Assembly: GCA_029261165.1 (NCBI GenBank)
Contig: JAJDBV010000068.1
Location: 5 to 64,004, forward strand
Direction of reading: 5' to 3'
Length of the DNA stretch: 64,000 nucleotides
Source of the DNA: Nitrospirota bacterium
GTDB taxonomy: Bacteria; Nitrospirota; Nitrospiria; SBBL01; JAADHI01
Positions 61,417 to 64,000 of this stretch are shown piece after piece. The number at the start of each line of letters is the position of its first letter. Positions within the stretch are counted from its first letter, which is position 1. Below the pieces are notes generated by a model that did no database searches, was not told the origin of the DNA, and saw nothing but the letters and a program-made list of their open reading frames with translations. A program made the position numbers and the translations under genes.

Positions 61417-61450
61417 CCCCTCACTACAAAGAAAAAAGCCGCTCGTAGGT

Positions 61451-61906
61451 CTATTTTTGTTCCAGACAGGCCTGAACCATCTTCCGAACCATGTTTCCTT
61501 CGGCCCGACCGAGTAAATCCGGCATCACCCGCTTCATGACCAAACCCATCTGTTTCATACCGTTGGCACCAGAAGCTGCAATGGCTTCTTCTACTTTTGA
61601 ACGAAGTTCCCCTTCAGAAAGAGGCGAGGGAAGAAAAGACTTCAGGATGGTCAATTCTCTATTTTCTTTCTGGACAAGATCTTCTCGTCCTCCCTTCGAG
61701 AACATCTCAATCGACTCTCTACACTGTTTCACCGCAGTAGAAACAACCTTAAGCACCTCTTCTTCCGTGAGGTTAAGCCCCTTTCCCTTCTCGATCTCTT
61801 TGTTCTTCAATGTCGCACGCAGAAGACGAATTACGGAAACACGATCGGTGTCACCGGCCCGCATTCCGACCTTCATTTCCTCCACGAATCTCTCTTGAAG
61901 CCCCAC
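61451..61906 (-). CDS. GatB/YqeY-domain protein
   Basis: Start set at GTG 61904-06, so the N-terminus (V)GLQERFVEEMKVGMRAGD..RVSVIRLL aligns with YqeY N-termini. GGAGG lies upstream. The track ORF adds 24 unlikely residues. Confidence 0.8.
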   Translation of the reverse strand: MGLQERFVEEMKVGMRAGDTDRVSVIRLLRATLKNKEIEKGKGLNLTEEEVLKVVSTAVKQCRESIEMFSKGGREDLVQKENRELTILKSFLPSPLSEGELRSKVEEAIAASGANGMKQMGLVMKRVMPDLLGRAEGNMVRKMVQACLEQK

Positions 61907-62028
61907 GCTCCTCCCGCCTCCGGTCAAGAGACCGAAACCCAAACCTACTACGGTAAACCTATAATGTAACAAAGCCAAATACTCTTGTCAACTTATTGTT
62001 TTTACAAATAATTCCACAAAAAACAGTG

Positions 62029-62397
62029 TTATCCTGGCGGCCACTGGAAGGGACGCCCGCTCAATAAGTGCACATGCAGATGGAAGACGGTCTGACCGGC
62101 CCCTCTTCCTGAATTGATGACGGTGCGATAACCACGCTCCACGATCCCCTTTTCCCGGGCCAGACGGGAAACAACTGAAAAAAGGTGCGTCAAGATCGCG
62201 TCATCTTTCGGCTGTATGGCTGAAAGGCTCGCAATGTGCTTCACGGGGATTACAAGGAGATGAACCGGCGCCTGCGGATTGACGTCTTCAAACGCAATTG
62301 CACGTGTATCCTCATAAACAATTTTACTTGGAATTTTTTTCTCGATTATCCTGCAAAAAAGGCAATCTTCTCGCCCCTCCCGAATAGATGCTTCCAT
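62029..62397 (-). CDS. HIT-family (HinT-like) nucleotide hydrolase
   Basis: CLFCRIIEKKIPS... and histidine triad HLHVHLL. Confidence 0.85.
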   Translation of the reverse strand: MEASIREGREDCLFCRIIEKKIPSKIVYEDTRAIAFEDVNPQAPVHLLVIPVKHIASLSAIQPKDDAILTHLFSVVSRLAREKGIVERGYRTVINSGRGAGQTVFHLHVHLLSGRPFQWPPG

Positions 62398-62436
62398 GGT
62401 GTCTCTTCCTCCTGGACGAGCGAAAATTTCATGCCC

Positions 62437-63171
62437 TCACTCTGCGGATGACAAACGAGGCTTCTTTCCTCTTGACTTTTTTTCATCAAGACCCGACTGC
62501 GAAGTCCTTCTTTTCAGTTCCTCTTCGACCTGCATCATCGGGATGTTATAGTAGCCCAGGGCGACCAGAAGGTGGTAGAGGAGATCTGCCGTCTCATGAA
62601 CGATCTCCTTTTCACGCCCATTTTTCGCACTGATGATAAATTCTCCCGACTCTTCGGCCACCTTTTTCAGGATCAGATCCAACCCCCCCTCAAACAGGCT
62701 GCTGGTATATGATCCAGGAAAAGACTGTTCTTTCCTCTCAAGGATGGTCTTGGAAAGGGCCTCCAGCATTGACACCGAAAGGGGCGCGCCTCCTTGTCCC
62801 TTTCGAGTCGAAACGTCCTCCTCTCCTTCGCGAACGTTCGCCTCCCAGAATTTCTCAAAGAAACAGGAGCGTTTTCCAGTATGACACGCGACCTCCACCT
62901 GTTCGACCTCCACCAGCAGGGTGTCCTGGTCGCAATCGATCAAGATGGCTTTGATAATCTGAATATGGCCCGATGTTTCTCCTTTCCGCCAGAGCTTCTT
63001 TCTGGAGCGGCTCCAGAAATGGGTCTCACCGGTCTCTATGCTCAACTGGAGGGACTCCGCATTCATATAGGCAACCATGAGAACGTCTTTATTACGAACA
63101 TCCTGGATGACCGCCGGTATCAATCCGTCGGAAAACTTGATCTGATCAATGTCGACTAATACCTTCATCAT
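62437..63171 (-). CDS. hisI: Bifunctional phosphoribosyl-AMP cyclohydrolase / phosphoribosyl-ATP pyrophosphatase
   Basis: N-terminal HisI part (GLIPAVIQD...WSRSR..LW.KGETSGH) and C-terminal HisE part ([12 protein letters not shown]...[11 protein letters not shown]). Confidence 0.9.
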   Translation of the reverse strand: MMKVLVDIDQIKFSDGLIPAVIQDVRNKDVLMVAYMNAESLQLSIETGETHFWSRSRKKLWRKGETSGHIQIIKAILIDCDQDTLLVEVEQVEVACHTGKRSCFFEKFWEANVREGEEDVSTRKGQGGAPLSVSMLEALSKTILERKEQSFPGSYTSSLFEGGLDLILKKVAEESGEFIISAKNGREKEIVHETADLLYHLLVALGYYNIPMMQVEEELKRRTSQSGLDEKKSRGKKPRLSSAE

Positions 63172-63202
63172 GTTCCTCTATGATACCCACATTTGTAAGG
63201 GC

Positions 63203-64000
63203 TCAGAGCCTGATGGGGATGCCCCTCTCTGAAAGATAGGCCTTAGTTTCAGCAATGGTAAAGGTTTGATAATGAAAGATCGACGCGGCCAGAACCGCAT
63301 CGGCCTTTCCCTCGAAAATCCCGTCAAAAAGATGGGCCAGGGTTCCCACGCCGCCGGAGGCGATCACCGGAATATGAACCCTTTGTGAGACCGCCCGGGT
63401 TAATTCAAGATCATATCCTTGCGTCGTCCCGTCCCGATCCATGCTCGTCAGGAGAATCTCACCTGCACCAAGGGATCCAACCTTCTCCGCCCAGGCCACC
63501 GCATCAAGCCCAACGGCCTTCCTTCCTCCATGCGTATAAACCTCCCAGTGAGAGTCAGAAGCCCGCGCACGCGAACCAAGCGCTTGATCTTTTCCCTGCC
63601 CTCTTCTTTTGGCATCAATGGCAACAACGATCGTTGAACTTCCAAACTGTCGAGCGGCCTCCTGAACGAACTCCGGATGTTCCACCGCCGCCGTGTTGAT
63701 CGCGACCTTATCCGCCCCAGCCTTCAAAAGCCTTCGGACATCTTCGACGGTGCGAACGCCCCCTCCCACGGTTAAGGGCATTGAAACCTCATCGGCTGTC
63801 CGCTGGACAATGTCGAGCAGGGTATCGCGCCCATCGGATGAGGCGGTGATGTCGAGAAAACACAGTTCATCCGCTCCCTGCGCCTCATAAATCCTGGCTA
63901 CTTCTACCGGATCTCCGGCATCTCTCAATCCGACAAATCCGACCCCCTTCACAACACGGCCGCCCTTGACATCAAGACAGGGGATAATCCGTTTCGCCAG
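63203..64000 (-). CDS. hisF: Imidazole glycerol phosphate synthase cyclase subunit (N-terminus just beyond window end)
   Basis: The frame stays open to nt 64000 and reads [33 protein letters not shown]..., the canonical HisF N-terminus minus the initiator Met. Confidence 0.9.
   Translation of the reverse strand: MAKRIIPCLDVKGGRVVKGVGFVGLRDAGDPVEVARIYEAQGADELCFLDITASSDGRDTLLDIVQRTADEVSMPLTVGGGVRTVEDVRRLLKAGADKVAINTAAVEHPEFVQEAARQFGSSTIVVAIDAKRRGQGKDQALGSRARASDSHWEVYTHGGRKAVGLDAVAWAEKVGSLGAGEILLTSMDRDGTTQGYDLELTRAVSQRVHIPVIASGGVGTLAHLFDGIFEGKADAVLAASIFHYQTFTIAETKAYLSERGIPIRL

Overview
This 64-kb window comes from a diderm (Gram-negative-type) bacterium. The backbone is about 50-55% GC by hand counts of single lines, and nearly all genes are on the minus strand.

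Gene content, left to right:
- queG 3' end, a copC/copD copper module with a putative outer-membrane barrel, and a second barrel gene.
- An algH-like gene, an orphan MshE/PilB-type ATPase and a phosphomannomutase.
- A low-GC mosaic glycan-modification island (about 8.2-18.2 kb). It holds three GT2 glycosyltransferases, a UDP-xylose synthase, a DegT aminotransferase, an LbH acetyltransferase, four FkbM methyltransferases, one class I methyltransferase and a decayed GT4 fragment.
- A GC-rich divergent pair, kdkA and a GT9 heptosyltransferase.
- A roughly 20-kb co-linear outer-membrane cluster: bamA-skp-lpxD-fabZ-lpxA-lpxI-oxidoreductase-lpxB-msbA-waaA-lpxK-GT9::gmhB-GT9-trm112-ICMT-lpxL-GT4-GT4.
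- Housekeeping genes: DEAD-box helicase, folP, ftsH, hpt, tilS, ribF, hemB, cobA/hemD, comEC, FKBP, rpoD, dnaG, yqeY, HIT, hisIE and hisF.

Three RNA genes are absent from the ORF track and are covered there by spurious ORFs: tRNA-Leu(CAG), a type-A RNase P RNA (rnpB) and a tRNA with anticodon CAT that looks like tRNA-Ile2.

I found no CRISPR array, transposase, integrase, prophage, rRNA or recognisable defence genes, and no self-contained new multi-gene system that I can defend.

The most unusual items are:
- The ATPase with tandem MshEN c-di-GMP motifs and a C-terminal double zinc ribbon.
- A heptosyltransferase::GmhB fusion.
- Lipid-A-operon genes that point to GlcN3N-type and/or methyl-phosphate lipid A.
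- The methyltransferase-rich island.
- A roughly 95-nt intergenic element present twice, one copy enclosed by a 14-bp long-range stem.

All functional calls rest on motifs I recognised by eye. No database search was run.
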